Both the position numbers and the translations under genes were made by a program. Shown one piece after another: positions 27,729-41,550 of a stretch of DNA of 64,000 bases (the first letter of the stretch is position 1; the number at the start of each line of letters is the position of its first letter). The notes under the pieces were generated by a model. The model was not told where the DNA came from. It saw nothing but the letters and a program-made list of their open reading frames with translations, and did not search any database. Origin of the DNA: Octopus vulgaris (lineage: Eukaryota); NCBI GenBank assembly GCA_951406725.2, contig OX597828.1:620001-684000 (forward strand), read 5' to 3'.

Positions 27729-28189
27729 AACAGCTGTAATTTGCTTTACTGATATGGTTTTTGAGGAATGGGTGGAACCCTAACCGTCCATTGTGTGATT
27801 GTAATGTATATACACTATGTTGTGTGTATGCTCTTGTGCAATATTGTATATGCCATAATATGTATGTGTATGAGAGTGTGTGTGTGTGTGTGTTTGTGTA
27901 TAAGACTAAGAACACATATATAAATATGTGTGCAAGTGTGTAAATGAAAAACATGGCAGCTAAATAACAAAGATGCGTTTCAAAAGATCAGGTGAAATGT
28001 GTCCAACATCGTAGAAACAGGCAGAACAGACTAAAGGAGTGACATGCATTTGAATATATTTAAGAGCGGTTGAGTGCTGAACAAGAGAGAAAAGGTATGG
28101 CAGAGATGAAAAGTAGAAGGAGGGAGATCAGGCATGAAACAGCAGTGAATTACATCAAAACCTGGGTCTCACAAACAAACAACAGCAAC

Positions 28190-29200
28190 AAGGATTTCTT
28201 TCATTGCCATGATGCTAGAAATTTATAGGGCGGCGTGGGGTGGGATGGACTTTCTAGTCATTTGAGCTGAAGGATGGATTACAATCTCGAACCATGGGGA
28301 TTTGAACTCAGAGCCTAAAGAGTCATAGCTAAATATAGAATGCATCACTCTACAATTTCTGATACTCCACTGGCCAGATAATAGCAATAATAATGGTCTC
28401 ACATTTAGAGAGAGAGTACATTAAGCTGAGTACATTGATCTTAGTACTCGATTGATATTTTATTTCAGCAACATAAAAAGGATGAAGGGTGAAGTTGACA
28501 TTGGGTGGGATTTCAACTCATCACAAGACTTTATTTTTGATGCTCTACCCATTCAGTCGATCCACTACTCTTGATTTCTACTTTGGGCACAATGCCAGTA
28601 ATTTTGAAGGAAGACGGTTAATCAACAGCATTAACCCCAGTATTTGATTGGTTCTTTATTTCATCAAACTCCAGAGTGATGAAAGGCAAAGATTGACCTT
28701 GGTAAGATTAATAATAATAACAATGATTTCAAATTTTGGCACAAGGCCAGCAGTTTCAGGGCAGGGTTAAGTCAGTTACATTAAGCCCAGCACTCAACTG
28801 CTATTTTTTTTCGTTGACCCCAAAACGATGCAAGGCAAAGTTAACCTCAACAGAATTTGTACTGAGATTGTGGAGATGGACAAAAAGGCTGCTGAGCATT
28901 CTGCCTGACATGCTAATGATTCTGCCGCTTTCTAATTTTGACAAATGGGCAGCAATTCTGAGGGGAAAAAGAGAAAATCAAGTTACTTCAACATTTTGTC
29001 CAACATGCTAAAGATTGTTCCAGTTCACTGCCTTAATGATAATAATAATCTTTAACATAGGCATGAGGTCAGAAATTTGGGGGAAGGAAAAAGTTGATTA
29101 TATAAAGCCCAATTCTTACTGGTACATATTTTAACAACCTCCCTCAATCCTGGAAGGATGAAAGGTAAAGTTGATCTGAGCTGTAACCAAACTCAACTTA
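28190..29200 (-). mobile_element. cluster of old tRNA-derived SINEs
   Basis: Same core as 20170-21550, more diverged. Confidence 0.65.
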
Positions 29201-31197
29201 AAGAGACATAACTATTATTACAACTATTAATTAATAATAATGACCCTTTAACAGAGTAGAAATATATTGTTAGTTGAATTGACTCCTGGTATTTATTTTA
29301 TCTTTTGAAAGGGTTACTGACAGCAGGCAGAAAACTAGGGGCTTACTTATGCATTTAAATTAACACACTGGCCACAAATGTGATGTGTGAACATTGTCTC
29401 TAATTAACTTAATACTAAAACGCCCAGAGACTGTCCCTGGTTCTGTGATACAAACTTCATTTTAAAATGATCTCAAAAGCTTCCATCGAAATTTCATGTT
29501 AGTTTAAGTTACAAACACCAGCTTAAAAATGAAACAAAGTTGTTAAAAATTAACTTATGCAAAAGACTGTATATTTCAATAGAAATATGGGACCAAAAAT
29601 GTTAAATATCTTTGATCTGTTCTTGTATAGCACCAGGTCATCTCCAATCAAACAGATCTGTGATGAGAATCCTTCCAGTTGTGTCTTTTGCTTTGATCTA
29701 GGACTACATTAACTGGAGTGTCTTTTCTAGTTTTTAAAAGATATTAAGGTGTGATATTAATGGAGATTTTGCTATTTTTAGCAGGTCAAGTGCCATGCAA
29801 AGGCTCCCTCATGGTTTTATGAAACGTGGTTCCATAGTTGGGAAATATCAGAGTGGACTGCTTGTTCTACATCAAACCAAAGAAGTAACTACTTATAGGT
29901 CTTGTGATCATCAATATGAGAAGCAGGGAAAATATGAAGATAAAGAGAAAGAAGAATCACAAGACAGGTGAAGAAGAAAGAAACTGGAGAAAGTAGTTTC
30001 AAATCCCATTGTTTCTAAGAACATTGAAATCCAGAAATCATTCTTGCTTAAATTACAAAATCAAAACAAAAAAAGGAAATTTTAATCATACAAACAAAAT
30101 ATGTATTTTACACAGACACATATACATATACATATACACATTTACACACACACATATATATAACTCAATATATATAAATGTATATCTTAAGCATAAATAA
30201 GGAAAAAAGATTCTAGAGAAATTTTTTTTTCTTTTTCTACATTTTAAATACATTTTTCTTCTTAAAGAAAATTGCACCAGGTGCTGCATGCACAAACACT
30301 TCTACAAGATGCTGCACAGTTAGATTCCTCAATGAAATGCTGCATGCATGAAATATTTCTACCAGATGCCACATGCACAGACAATTCAACAAGGAGACTA
30401 CATGGTCAGAAGATAACTGATCCTAATTGGGAGGCCAAATCAAATTGGAACAAAAACTGTAACAGATTTTCTTGCATTAAACAGGGGGGAAAAACAATCA
30501 ATATAAAAAAAAAAAGAAATCACAAAAACGACCCCTAAATAATTCTTCAACAAAAAGGGAGATTTTGATTCAAAGTATGACACCTTCATTATGTATCATT
30601 TTTCTTTTATGTTTCAATTTTATTTTCTAGTTTGAAATTTCAATCTTTTTTTTTTTAAGGATGGAGATATTTTTTCGGAGTGTTTTTTAAGGAAAACTAA
30701 AAATGGATGGAGTAAGGCAGGAGAAAGAACTCTCACTTTTTTTTTTTTCAGAAAAATATATAACTTCACAGATCACTTTAAAATTTATATTAGAATTAAT
30801 GAACCAACATTCAGCTTCTAAAATTTTTTTTCAAAGAAATTAATTAAAAAAATATAACAAACAGATTAATTTGTTACCCATCCACTGAGTCTGGTTAAAG
30901 AAACTATGTCAAATTTAGTTTGGAAAAACATCAAACTTCAAAACATTCATAAGAGAAATTAAATCTGGAATTAAAAATGAAACATATATTGAAAACTGAA
31001 CTAAAATGGAAATGAATAAAAAAAATTTCTATCTTTGTTTTGATTAATTCAATTTTGGCATCTCAGTCTTTTAAATTTCTTCTTTCAGATTATTATTAGT
31101 GTTGTGATTAACCTTATTATCATTATCATTATTATTATCATTATTATCATTATTATTATCATTATCATTATTATTATTATGATCATCATTATTATCC

Positions 31198-31242
<45 letters not shown>

Positions 31243-31243
<1 letters not shown>

Positions 31244-31770
31244 TGAGTGAGAGAGCAGTGCATGCCATCAAAGTATACACATCATGACTACCCGTCTGAT
31301 AAGGGTACACCAGGCACATGCATCACAACCATATGTGCGTGACATGGTGATCTCATATCAAGATAAACAGCACATGACCTTGCAGGTCAGGCCCCGTTAG
31401 AATTTTCTTCTGATCGAGTAGCCCATCCCACTCAAAAGGTCCCTGAATAAGGTTTGTTTAAGAATTTTGAATGAAATACCCATGTTTCCAGAGTTGAATT
31501 ATTTAAACCCCAAAGAATTCCTCTCAACACATGGCTATGATGCTCCCCCACTACTTCTGCTCGTGATCAGAGATGCACATATCATCAGCCACTAAGGGAC
31601 ATGCTCAACTGGTTAAGGTCAAACAACTGACAAGTAAATCTGTGGTATTGAGCAGAATATTTGCTGTCGCCCATCTTTTATACCAAGACAAAACAATGTA
31701 CATGATAACATTTCTAATCAGTTATGATCAAAAGCCATGAGAGCCACTGCCTGGTACTGCATGAGGGTAT
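31243..31770 (-). mobile_element. non-coding interspersed element inserted in (TAA)n
   Basis: About 530-bp GC-richer block bounded by (ATT)n on both sides; no ORF. Retroelement origin is inferred. Confidence 0.45.
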
Positions 31771-31788
31771 TTATTATTATTATTATTA

Positions 31789-31930
31789 TAAGGTTGTCCC
31801 AAAAGTTCGTAGAAAGTCTTGGAAAATAATGGTCTTTATTTGGAGGAATAATTTTTGTTGTTTTTGTTAGTACTTGGCGAGTAAAAATTCAATTTTCGCA
31901 AGTGTTTACGAACTTTTGGGACAACCTAAT
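31789..31930. mobile_element. mariner-type MITE
   Basis: Terminal inverted repeats aggttgtcccaaaagttcgta / tacgaacttttgggacaacct, flanked by TA. Confidence 0.8.
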
Positions 31931-31996
31931 ATTATTATTACTATTATTACTATTATTATTATTATTATTATTATCATTATTATTATTATTATTATT

Positions 31997-33370
31997 AAGA
32001 CAGTGGGCTGGTAGTTACGTTAGCATACTAGATGAAATGCTTAGTAGTATTTTGCCCATCACTGCGTACTGAGTTCAAATGCAACTAGGGTCGACTTTGC
32101 CTTTCAAGGTTGATAAAATAAGTACCAGTCATGTACTGGGGTCGATGTAACTGACTAGATCCCTCCCCCAAATTTCAGGCCTTGTTCCTATAGTTGAAAG
32201 GATTTATATTATTGTTATTAACAATCCTTTCTACTATAGGTGCATGGCCTGGAATTTATGGGGAGGAGGACAGTCGATCACATTGACCCCAGTACTTGAC
32301 TTAATTTATCCACCCTGTAAAGATGAAAGGCAAAGTCAACCTTGGCAGAATTTGAACACAGAACATAGCGACAGGCAAAATACCACTAAGCAATTTGCCC
32401 AGCATGCTAACAATTCTGCCAGCTTGCCACCTTAATAATAATAATAATTCTTTCTCCTATAGGCACAGGGCCTGAAGTTTGTGGGGTGGGATTTAGTCTA
32501 TTTCTTTGACTCCAGTGCATAACTGGTACTTATTTCATTGACCTTGAAAGGGTGAAAGGCAAAATTGACCTTGGCGGAATTTGAACTCCACCTTAATAAT
32601 AATAATAATAATAGTAAGAGGGCAGTGAGCTGGCTAAATTGTTAGTGTGCTGGACAAAATGCTTAGCACCTATTCTTCCAGCCAAGGTTGACTTTGTCTT
32701 AGATTCTTTTGAAGTTGATAAAATGGTACCAGTTGAACACTGGGGTCAATGTTATTGACTTAAAACACTCCTTTAAAATCGCTGACCTTCATCCAAAATT
32801 TGAAACCATAATTATTATTGCAACAGCAGAGTGTAGCTGAATCAGTACAGCCCTGATAAAATGTATTCTGGAGGTTAATAAACTAAGCACCGGTCAAGTA
32901 TAGAAGTCAATCGAATCAACTCCCAAACTTTGGTCCCTGAAATTTTATGGCCTGGCATCTATGTTTGAAATTCTGGCAATGGGTGGCAGACTGGTTCAAG
33001 GATTGGTCAGGATGATATCAGTTGCAGTTCGTTTATAACCACAGTTGAAATACTGTAGAAGTCAACATTGCCATTTTTTCTTCTTGTGTCCATAAAATGA
33101 AATATCAATAAAATACTGGGGTTGGTTTAATCCCCTAACCCTTTCTACTGAATTTGTGGCTTTGAACTGTTGTTAGAATGAACAGCAAAATGGCTCCATT
33201 ATTAGAATGTCAAATAAAACATCTTCTTTCAGATTCTAATGCTCTGGGTTCAAATTTCCCTGCAGTCAACTTTGCATTTTTCATCCTTCAAGAGATTATA
33301 AAGTATCAATATTGATGAGTACCATTTAGTGACCAACTCTTAATTTTTGTGGCTTTGTACCTATATCAGA
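31997..33370. mobile_element. SINE cluster with both orientations
   Basis: Plus copy 31997-32210, minus copies 32222-32595, further plus copies after 32615. Confidence 0.7.
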
Positions 33371-33822
33371 AACAATTATAATTATTTTTGTCATAGACTT
33401 CATTTTGGAATTGCAGATTTTGTACCGTATTCCTAACAAAGAATCTGTGAATTAATTTTGAAAATTTTCTAATTTTAACTAAACCACTTTTTCCTTTTTT
33501 TTTTTTTTGGAGGTGGAGAGGGTTAGCAAAATCGAGAGGTTTCAAAAGCCCCAAATATTCTCACCTTTTAACTTAGCCCAATGCCTCCTACCTCACTACA
33601 AAAATGAACTGATTTACTATTTTAAAATTTTCAAACTTGAAAATAAAAAACAACAGAGTTTAAAAATGAAGAATACGGAGTTGAATCTTGAATCAAAATA
33701 TTCCCTCATTGCACCTAAAACTAGGTGAGCATATGCCAAAAAAAAAAAACCAAAAAACCAAAACTAATTAATGCTTTATCCCCCTTCACCCCATTCAAAA
33801 ATAAAGGTGAAAGGTCACCTAC

Positions 33823-34086
33823 CCTGGCTGTCCAGAACCACTTTGACTCATTGAGCTATCACTGCTGTCTGTACAACAGCTCGAGTTCATGCGGCTGACA
33901 CCACCACTACCACCACCACTATTACGACTTCCACCAGAACCACCACCACCACCACCAACACCACCACCAACACCACCACCACTACTGCCACTGTTGCTGC
34001 TGACCAGTGCACTCACTGCAATGTCTGATGAACTGCCTGCTCCTCCACTGGTGCTGTACATGCTTGGGTGGCGGCGTTCCTGTTGC
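33823..34086 (-). CDS. BORCS8: BORCS8 Gly/Ser-rich exon, 264 nt (C-terminal extension)
   Basis: First AG after a long pyrimidine tract (aatcaaag|g) is phase 2 and continues ...EESR-K-QQERRHPSMYSTSGGAGSSS...GQPG. Donor gg|gtaggt; unspliced read-through stops at once (TAG 33821-33819). Confidence 0.7.
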
Positions 34087-34449
34087 CTTTGATTTCCACA
34101 GAGAGAAGCGGTAGAGGTTGAAGACGAAAAATTCGAGGAGATTTGGAGGACAACAAAGAGAGGAAAACAACACAAAATAAGAAGAAAAACAAAGAGCAGA
34201 ACAACAGTGAAATAGTGAGAGTGAGGATAACAAGGACAATGAAATGATGTTGGTGGTGTAGGCAGTGAAAAGAAAGACTGATGTTGACAGAAACAAGAAT
34301 GAGAGAGAGAAAGACAAGACATAATCATTGTGAGAGAGAATAAAGAGATGGAAGGAGACAAAGGGAGAGTCCAGTGATGAAGAGAGTTGAGATGGGATAA
34401 TGAACATCTGAAAGATTAGGAATCAACATTATATCAATATATATACATA

Positions 34450-34700
34450 TATTGGGTGGTGCATAATTATTGTGGCTTCTTTCCAACAAATTTTATTCAA
34501 CAAAAACAGTAACTATTTAACAAAAACATCTTTACATGATGGTCTGACCGTCTGCCAATCAAATGGGAAGCAGTAATTGAATTGGATGGTGAATATGCTC
34601 TGGAACAGTCATTTAAAGATGTTTTTGTTACATGTTGTTATTGTTTTTGCTGAATGAAATTTGTTGAAAAAAAAAACTGTAATAATTATGTACCAACCCA
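34450..34700. mobile_element. mariner-derived MITE
   Basis: Inverted repeats tgggtggtgcataattattg / taataattatgtaccaaccca. Confidence 0.6.
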
Positions 34701-34704
34701 GTGA

Positions 34705-35047
34705 TCGTTACCTGCATCACCTTACGACACTTGTGCTGGTGGCACGTGAAAAAGCATTTGAGTGAAGTCGTTGCCAGTGCCACTGGACTGGCTCCTGTGC
34801 AGGTGGCACATAAAAAGCACCATTTGAGCATGACGGTTTGCCAGTACCGCCTGACTGGCCCTCGTGCTGGTGGCATGTAGAAGCACCCACTACACTCTCG
34901 GAGTGGTTGACATTAGGAAGGGCATCCAGCTGTAGAAACTCTGCCAGATCAGATTGGAGTCTGGTGCAGCCATCTGGTTTGCCAGTCCTCAGTCAAATCG
35001 TCCAACCCATGCTAGCATGGAAACTGGACGTTAAACTATGATGATGA
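34705..35047 (+). mobile_element. RTE 3'-tail element
   Basis: Matches the LINE 3' UTR (...aggaagggcatccagc...catgctagcatggaa) and the (GAT)n tail. Confidence 0.75.
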
Positions 35048-35071
35048 TATATATATATATATATATATATA

Positions 35072-36358
35072 CGAGGGACGTTCAATAAGTAATGCCTCTG
35101 ACCCACTTGCAGTTGTTTGATCTAGCTGAAATTTTGTCTGTGCAATTATTTATATTTCTATAGATTAAGTGGCAAATTACAGCTCTGAAATAATTGTGGT
35201 TTCTGATTTACAGGTGTTTGAACTGAGTCAAGTGTGAAATGGAGCCTGTTGAGTGTCGAGCAGTGATCCGGGTTTTGTATTTGAAAGGACGCACACCACG
35301 GGAGACATTTGATCAAATGAAAGTAACTTATGGTGATGATGCCCCATCATATGACCTTGTAAAACCCTGGCATCTTGAATTCAACATGGTCGGAACTCTG
35401 TGGAAACAGCTCCCAGATCTGGTCGCCCCCCTTCTGCCATTGATGAGGCATCTGTCCATCAAGTTGAGGCTGCCATTTTGGAAGATCGACACATAACAAT
35501 TCGCCAAATAGCCCATCAGGTCAAGATTAGTACCAGGTCTGTGGAAACTATCATTCATGACCATTTGCATATGCAAAAGGTGTCTGCCAGATGGATTCCC
35601 AGGTTGCTCACACCTTTCCAGAAGCAAGAATGCGTCGAGTGCTTGAGGATGAATTTGGAGATGTGCCAAGAAGATGAGTCAAAATTTTTCAAAAGACTGA
35701 TTACACAGGATGAAACCTGGGTCCATCACTATGATCCAGAGACCAAAGCCCAGTCAATGCAGTGGAAGCACCATGATTCACCTCCTCCAAAGAAGGCAAG
35801 GGTGCAGCCCTTCGCTGGCAAGGACATGCTCACAGTCTTCTGGGACCAGGACGGAGTAGTGATGACAGATTTCCCGGCAAAGGGTACCACAATTACAGGA
35901 GCCTATTATGCTTCACTTTTGAGGAAATTAAGAGAAGCTATCAAAATCAAGAGGCGGGGCAAGATCAGAAAAGGCATCCTCCTCCTGCAGGACAACGCTC
36001 CGGTCCACAACTCGCATGTCGCCAGATCAGAAGCACAGGCGTGCAGCTATGAACTCCTCCCCATCCCCCCTACTCTCCTGACCTTGAACCCTCTGATTTT
36101 CACCTCTTCCCACCCATGAAGTTGTTTCTGAAGGGAAAGCGTTTCACAGATGATGCAGCCTTGATTTCTGAAGTCACGTCGTGGTTGGAGGACCAAGCTG
36201 GGGTCTTCTACAAAAACGGTCTCCAGAGCTGCATCAAACAATGGGAGAAATGCGTAACTCTGGTTGATTCCTATGTAGAAAAATACTAATAACTGTGCTA
36301 AGTTTCGTTGCTCTACTGCAATGGGAAGTGGGTCAGGGGCATTACTTATTGAACGCCC

Positions 36359-36362
<4 letters not shown>
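35072..36362 (+). mobile_element. full-length mariner transposon, 1291 bp
   Basis: TIRs cgagggacgttcaataagtaatgcc / ggcattacttattgaacgcccctca, inserted in (TA)n. Confidence 0.95.
35239..36289 (+). pseudogene. mariner DD34D transposase with two frameshifts (about 35385 and 36062)
   Basis: RSGRP, WIPRLLT, DETWVHHYDPE, QDNA and YSPDLEPSDF motifs. Confidence 0.9.
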
Positions 36363-36393
<31 letters not shown>

Positions 36394-36927
36394 CTTCAAC
36401 AAAGTTTCGTTCATCAAATTCTACTCCCAAGTTCTATCAATGGCACTGAATCTGGAACTACATGGTTGTAAAATGAATTTCTTGACCACACATCAATGGA
36501 GAGAGAGAGAGAGGCAATTACGTGGATAAACAAATTAGAAATATTAAATAGAATATAATAGTTTTGGCATGAAACACAAAATATGTATTTATGTATAAAT
36601 GAAAAATGAGAGAAAGCAAAAGATGGAGACTTTGAAACAATGATTATTTAAGTACAAACATATAGATATCATTGCTGTATTTCATTATTTATTTATTTTT
36701 TGCCAAATAAACACAGACACTATATTTTTTTTTCTTCACTTGTTTGTTATTGTGATTTTATTATTTTAACGCCTGTTCATTGTCCAGAAATCTTTCATGA
36801 TACATCTGTGAACTCTTCACTGACACTTTTGGTTTCCATGTGTGTTGTAGCTCCACTTACTCCATTCTGATATTTATATTAATAGATATTTATATATTGG
36901 CATTAAGATTTAAAATGTAAGATCTCT

Positions 36928-37048
36928 ACCCTGATGATGGAGGCTTGTTTTATCCAAAATTGATTGCATCCTTTACAACCGCATATTGAGATGAACTATA
37001 TCTACCAATATCATCATGGATCTCCATGCCTCCAGACATCGTTGTTGG
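36928..37048 (+). ncRNA. degenerate hammerhead motif with long helix II
   Basis: CTGATGA (36931), tggaggc...gcctcca (37028-37034), then GACA in place of GAAA. Confidence 0.35.
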
Positions 37049-37397
37049 ACTTATTCCGCACCTTTCTTCCACACTTTCAGTTTTCTCTGTCATTGCACTC
37101 TGTGTAAATTGGAGCTATTTATATAAATATCTGTATATATGTACTTAAATATTTGTTGCCTGAAAGTCTCTATCTTTTGCTTTCTCTCATTTTTCATGGG
37201 GTATCCTATGAGACGACCTAGATGAGATGAGATTCAGGTCTCAAACTAATACATTACCATTTAATATATGGAATTTGCTTATCTGCATAATTGCCTTGAT
37301 ATCCACTCAACCTGATCCTTATTACAGTCACTCTTTACCCCAAAGTGTCTTCTACACAGAGAATCTCTGTATCTCATCTGTGGAATATATATACATA

Positions 37398-37825
37398 CAG
37401 TAGTCATGGCCGATGCTGGTGTCATGTGACTGGCACCTTTCGAGTGTTGGGCCCCACGGATGCAAAGTGGCTGATGCCAGTGACATGTGAAGAGCTCCTT
37501 CTGAGCGTTGGGCTTCACAGAGGCAATGACAAATTACCAAGATCTTTGGCATTATGTCATGATTGAGAAGAAGACCCATCAAGCCAAATAAAATCGCAGT
37601 TGTGGCAGATATCGGTGTCACACAAATGGCACCTGTGTTGGCGGCACATAAAAGCACCCATTACACTCTCTGAGTGGTTGGCATTAAAAAGGGCATCCAG
37701 CCATAGAAACTATGCCAAATCAGACTGGAGTCTGGTGCAGCCTTCCAGTTTGCCAGCCCTGGTCAAACTGTCCGATCCATACCAGCATGGACAACAGGCT
37801 TTAAATGATAATGATGATGATGATA
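37398..37825 (+). mobile_element. RTE 3'-tail element
   Basis: Diverged copy of the RTE 3' UTR with a (GAT)n tail. Confidence 0.7.
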
Positions 37826-38053
37826 TATATATATATATATATGACAAATACCAGTATGTTAAATGCATTACAACAAAAATTCTTGATTTAAGATTCTCTC
37901 CATTCTAGGGAATATATCATGAGGAAGGGAGATAATCTCAAGATCCAAGAATTCTTCAAAGTCGACATTAAGGAAAGGTGCAGGCTTACTGTCTGAGAGG
38001 TCAGCCATGCATACGTATTTCTGCCTCAATAGTTTTCATCAGCATATCTGTCT

Positions 38054-38107
<54 letters not shown>

Positions 38108-38113
<6 letters not shown>

Positions 38114-38776
38114 ATAGTTATCGCCATACTAATATGGCATTCTTATAAAAATAAGAAAAAAGCTGTCCGCTTATTAGCTCCATGAGGCCATCGCCTTAAG
38201 TTAGCTATTTGATACACAAACTGTATCCATATAACCTTCGAAAAGGGAGGTCAGTCGCTCCACACTACTTGACCGGCAGCTACAGACGCGTTTCGGGGTA
38301 TTGCCCCATTTCAATGCAGCGTAGCCAGACCAGTAGGTGTCGCTTCTGACAATCTCTGTTCGAAGGTTTTATTTACCTAGCTTCGGTGGAATACATCCAC
38401 TTGTTTTCAATAATAGAAATATTAAAATTACTAAGTCTCTCTAAAAGAGAACAACGGCAGCGTTCCCGGAAAATAATAGTTATCGCCATACTAATATGGC
38501 ATTCTTATAAAAATAAGAATAAAGCTGTCCGCTTATTAGCTCCATGTAGCTGCCGGTCAAGTAGTGTGGAGCGACTGACCTCCCTTGTTCGAAGGTTATA
38601 TGGATACAGTTTGTGTATCAAATAGCTAACTTAAGGCGATGGCCTCATGGAGCTAATAAGCGGACAGCTTTATTCTTATTTTTATAAGAATGCCATATTA
38701 GTATGGCGATAACTATTATTTTCCGGGAACGCTGCCGTTGTTCTCTTTTAGAGAGACTTAGTAATTTTAATATTTC

Positions 38777-38782
<6 letters not shown>
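38108..38782. mobile_element. retrozyme-like/Penelope-dependent non-autonomous insert: 1.2 copies of a 362-nt unit (minus) plus an inverted partial copy (38545-38782)
   Basis: Direct repeat 38108-38184 = 38470-38546; inverted copy; (TA)n on both sides; one hammerhead per unit. Confidence 0.7.
38279..38320 (-). ncRNA. minimal type I hammerhead ribozyme, U3-A8 variant
   Basis: gctgca-TTGAAAT-gggg caata cccc-GAAAC-GC-GTC^tgtagc; palindromic ACGCGT helix III; position 9 is U rather than A. Confidence 0.7.
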
Positions 38783-38812
<30 letters not shown>

Positions 38813-40656
38813 TCATCATCATCATCATCATCATCACCACTTAAAATCCACTCTTCCATGCTAGTATAAGTCACATGGACCTATTGCCAACCCTTACCTG
38901 TTTGCAAGCAAGGTAATATTTCTCAAAGTCAAACATGTCTTCCACAGAAGACTGGGAACAATGTCACTTCTATGACAGTGCTGCTAGTTTACAACCACAA
39001 ACACACATATATACAATGGGCTTCTACTAAATCCACTCACAAGGTTTTGGTTGGTTTATGGGGTTGTAGTAGAAGACACTTAGTCAAGGTGCCATGCAGT
39101 GGGACTGAACCTAAGATCACTAGGTTGGGAAGCAAGCTCCTTTACCACACAGCAACATCTGCAATTATGATGATGATAGCAATGAAGATACATACACACC
39201 CACACAATCATCATCACCACCACCACCACCACCATCAGCAGCAGCAGTAGTAGCAGGAGTAGCATATTATGCTTGTTCTCCATGCTAGTAAGAAGTTAGA
39301 TGATTTGTCGCAGTGTGAGTGGTAATTTCTTATTTGGGTTGGTAGACCCCATCTCACATGTATACTCCACTTTTGGCATGGTTTCTACATCTGAATGCCC
39401 CTTAAAATGCCAAACACACACACACACATGAAGTCAAATAGTCATGTAACTGTCCTATTTCCCTACCAACATTTTGTTATAGGAGATGCGGGTTTGGAAA
39501 CCTTCTCATAAAGCAATATCCTTACCTAATTCCTGTCAGTGCATCATCTTATACTAATACTTTAATCCCTCTTAGTATAGAATCTATTAACATTAATATA
39601 ATTCCACTTAATATAGCAAGACTGCATCTACACTGTGTAACAACTGAATCCCAATGATAAACAAGTGGTGAACCCAGGGAACCATTATCACAAAAGAAAT
39701 TACATTTCTGGTAGAATTAGTGTAGTTAGTGTGGAGTATATAATGTAGTGTATATAGCCATTATTATAGTACTAATATAATTATAGCAGAGTAAAGCATA
39801 AATGTTATAGTAGTATTAATGTAGAGGTAGAATAACATATAGTAAAATACTTGTATTATAGTGAAGTTACAGTAGAGTGTATAGTATAGTGCTGCTATTA
39901 CAGTACAATAGTATAGTTGTAGATTACAGTACAATACTGATATTAGTGTTAGTATCATCACAAGTATTTTATATATATATATACATATATATGCACAAAC
40001 ACACACAGTGTGCAGCAAAAAGAAAAACATGCCACGTTCTACAGTTGTTTGCTGTTGATAAACGTTTCAACAGCAAACACACAATGTACACAGATCCAAG
40101 TTTTGAAAAGGTAAATGGTAACACACTGACTACATGAAGACATCATTACCACCTGCCTAAATTGATTGGCACCACAAACGATTGGTGTGTAAAATATGGG
40201 AGGTTTTTCTGCTGTGACCTGTGTGTGTTATATATATATAGAAAATACAGGTAACTTGAAATTTGTATAAAAGAAACAAACTTACATGGTGATACAGCTA
40301 CAACTGCTAGCTAATTAATGAATTACTATCAACACAATTAGCTTACTAATGATGTTATATAGTATTCGAATTTGGCAACTGATGTTTCTGAGACCTGAGA
40401 AGTTGGCAAAGTAAGAAGAAAAAGTAATACAAATAAATATACATAAATACATAAGTCCATAAATAGCTTTGCTGTTTGTTATTTTCTTCTTATTTTTTGT
40501 TGCTGTTGCTGCTATTGTTATTAATTTTCACTATGCATATGGGTAAGTTCATCATCATCATCATCTCCATCATTTAACGTCCATTGTCCATGCTGTCATG
40601 TGTTAGATGGTTTGATCAGAAATTATTAGTACTTATAAAACGTTTACAAATATTTA

Positions 40657-40732
<76 letters not shown>

Positions 40733-40744
40733 GTTGTTGTTGTT

Positions 40745-41550
40745 GTTGTGAAGGTGGTGAGCTGGCAGAATCATTAGTGTCTTTGGCAAAAATGCTTAAT
40801 GTGAATTTCTTCAGGCTCTTTCTGTTTGGAGTTCAAGTGCTGCAGAGATCAACTTTGCCTTTCATCTTTTTAAAGTTGATATAATACAATATATGAATGT
40901 AATTGACTTGTCCTCTCCCCTTAAAAGTGCTGGCGTTGTGCCAAAATTTCTAACCGTTAATTATAATTATGATTATCAAGGTAGTGAGCTGACCAAATTG
41001 ATAGCATGGTGGACAAAATCCTTAGCAGCATTTTGTTCAGTTCTTTACATTCCGAGGTTAGCTTTGCCTTTCAGATATTTGGGGCTGATAAAATAAGTAT
41101 CAGTTGAACACTGGGGTTGACTTTCCCCTCTCCCATGATTTCAGGCCTTGTGCCTAAGTATTATTATTATACCCCAGTTCAGCCCCTGATCAAGCAGGCA
41201 TATGATTAAAAGGCATTCCATCCTATCTCATTTTGTTCTTACAAGAATGGTAAACTCAGAAACAGTGTACCCAGGAACTCCATTATCCAAAGTACCCTTC
41301 TGTATTTATGACAGTAGAGTTTTGAGGGTGTGATTTTAAAGGATATTTGGCTGCTTTTCCAGCCAGTTTGGCAAACGCACAGTTGGATGCCTTATGGTAT
41401 TTGTTCTGTCTGCTCTTTATATTTTGTGTTTGAATCCTACTGATATCAACTGTGCCTTTCATTCTTTTAGGGTCGGGGTTGGTGTAATAAGCTACACTCT
41501 TCCAGCCCCAAAATCTGCTGGTTTTGTGCTTAAATTAGAAACAATTATTA
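40745..41550 (+). mobile_element. SINE cluster following an (AAT)n-(ATT)n-(GTT)n microsatellite
   Basis: ggtggtgagctggcagaatc head and ctttgcctttcatc core. Confidence 0.65.
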
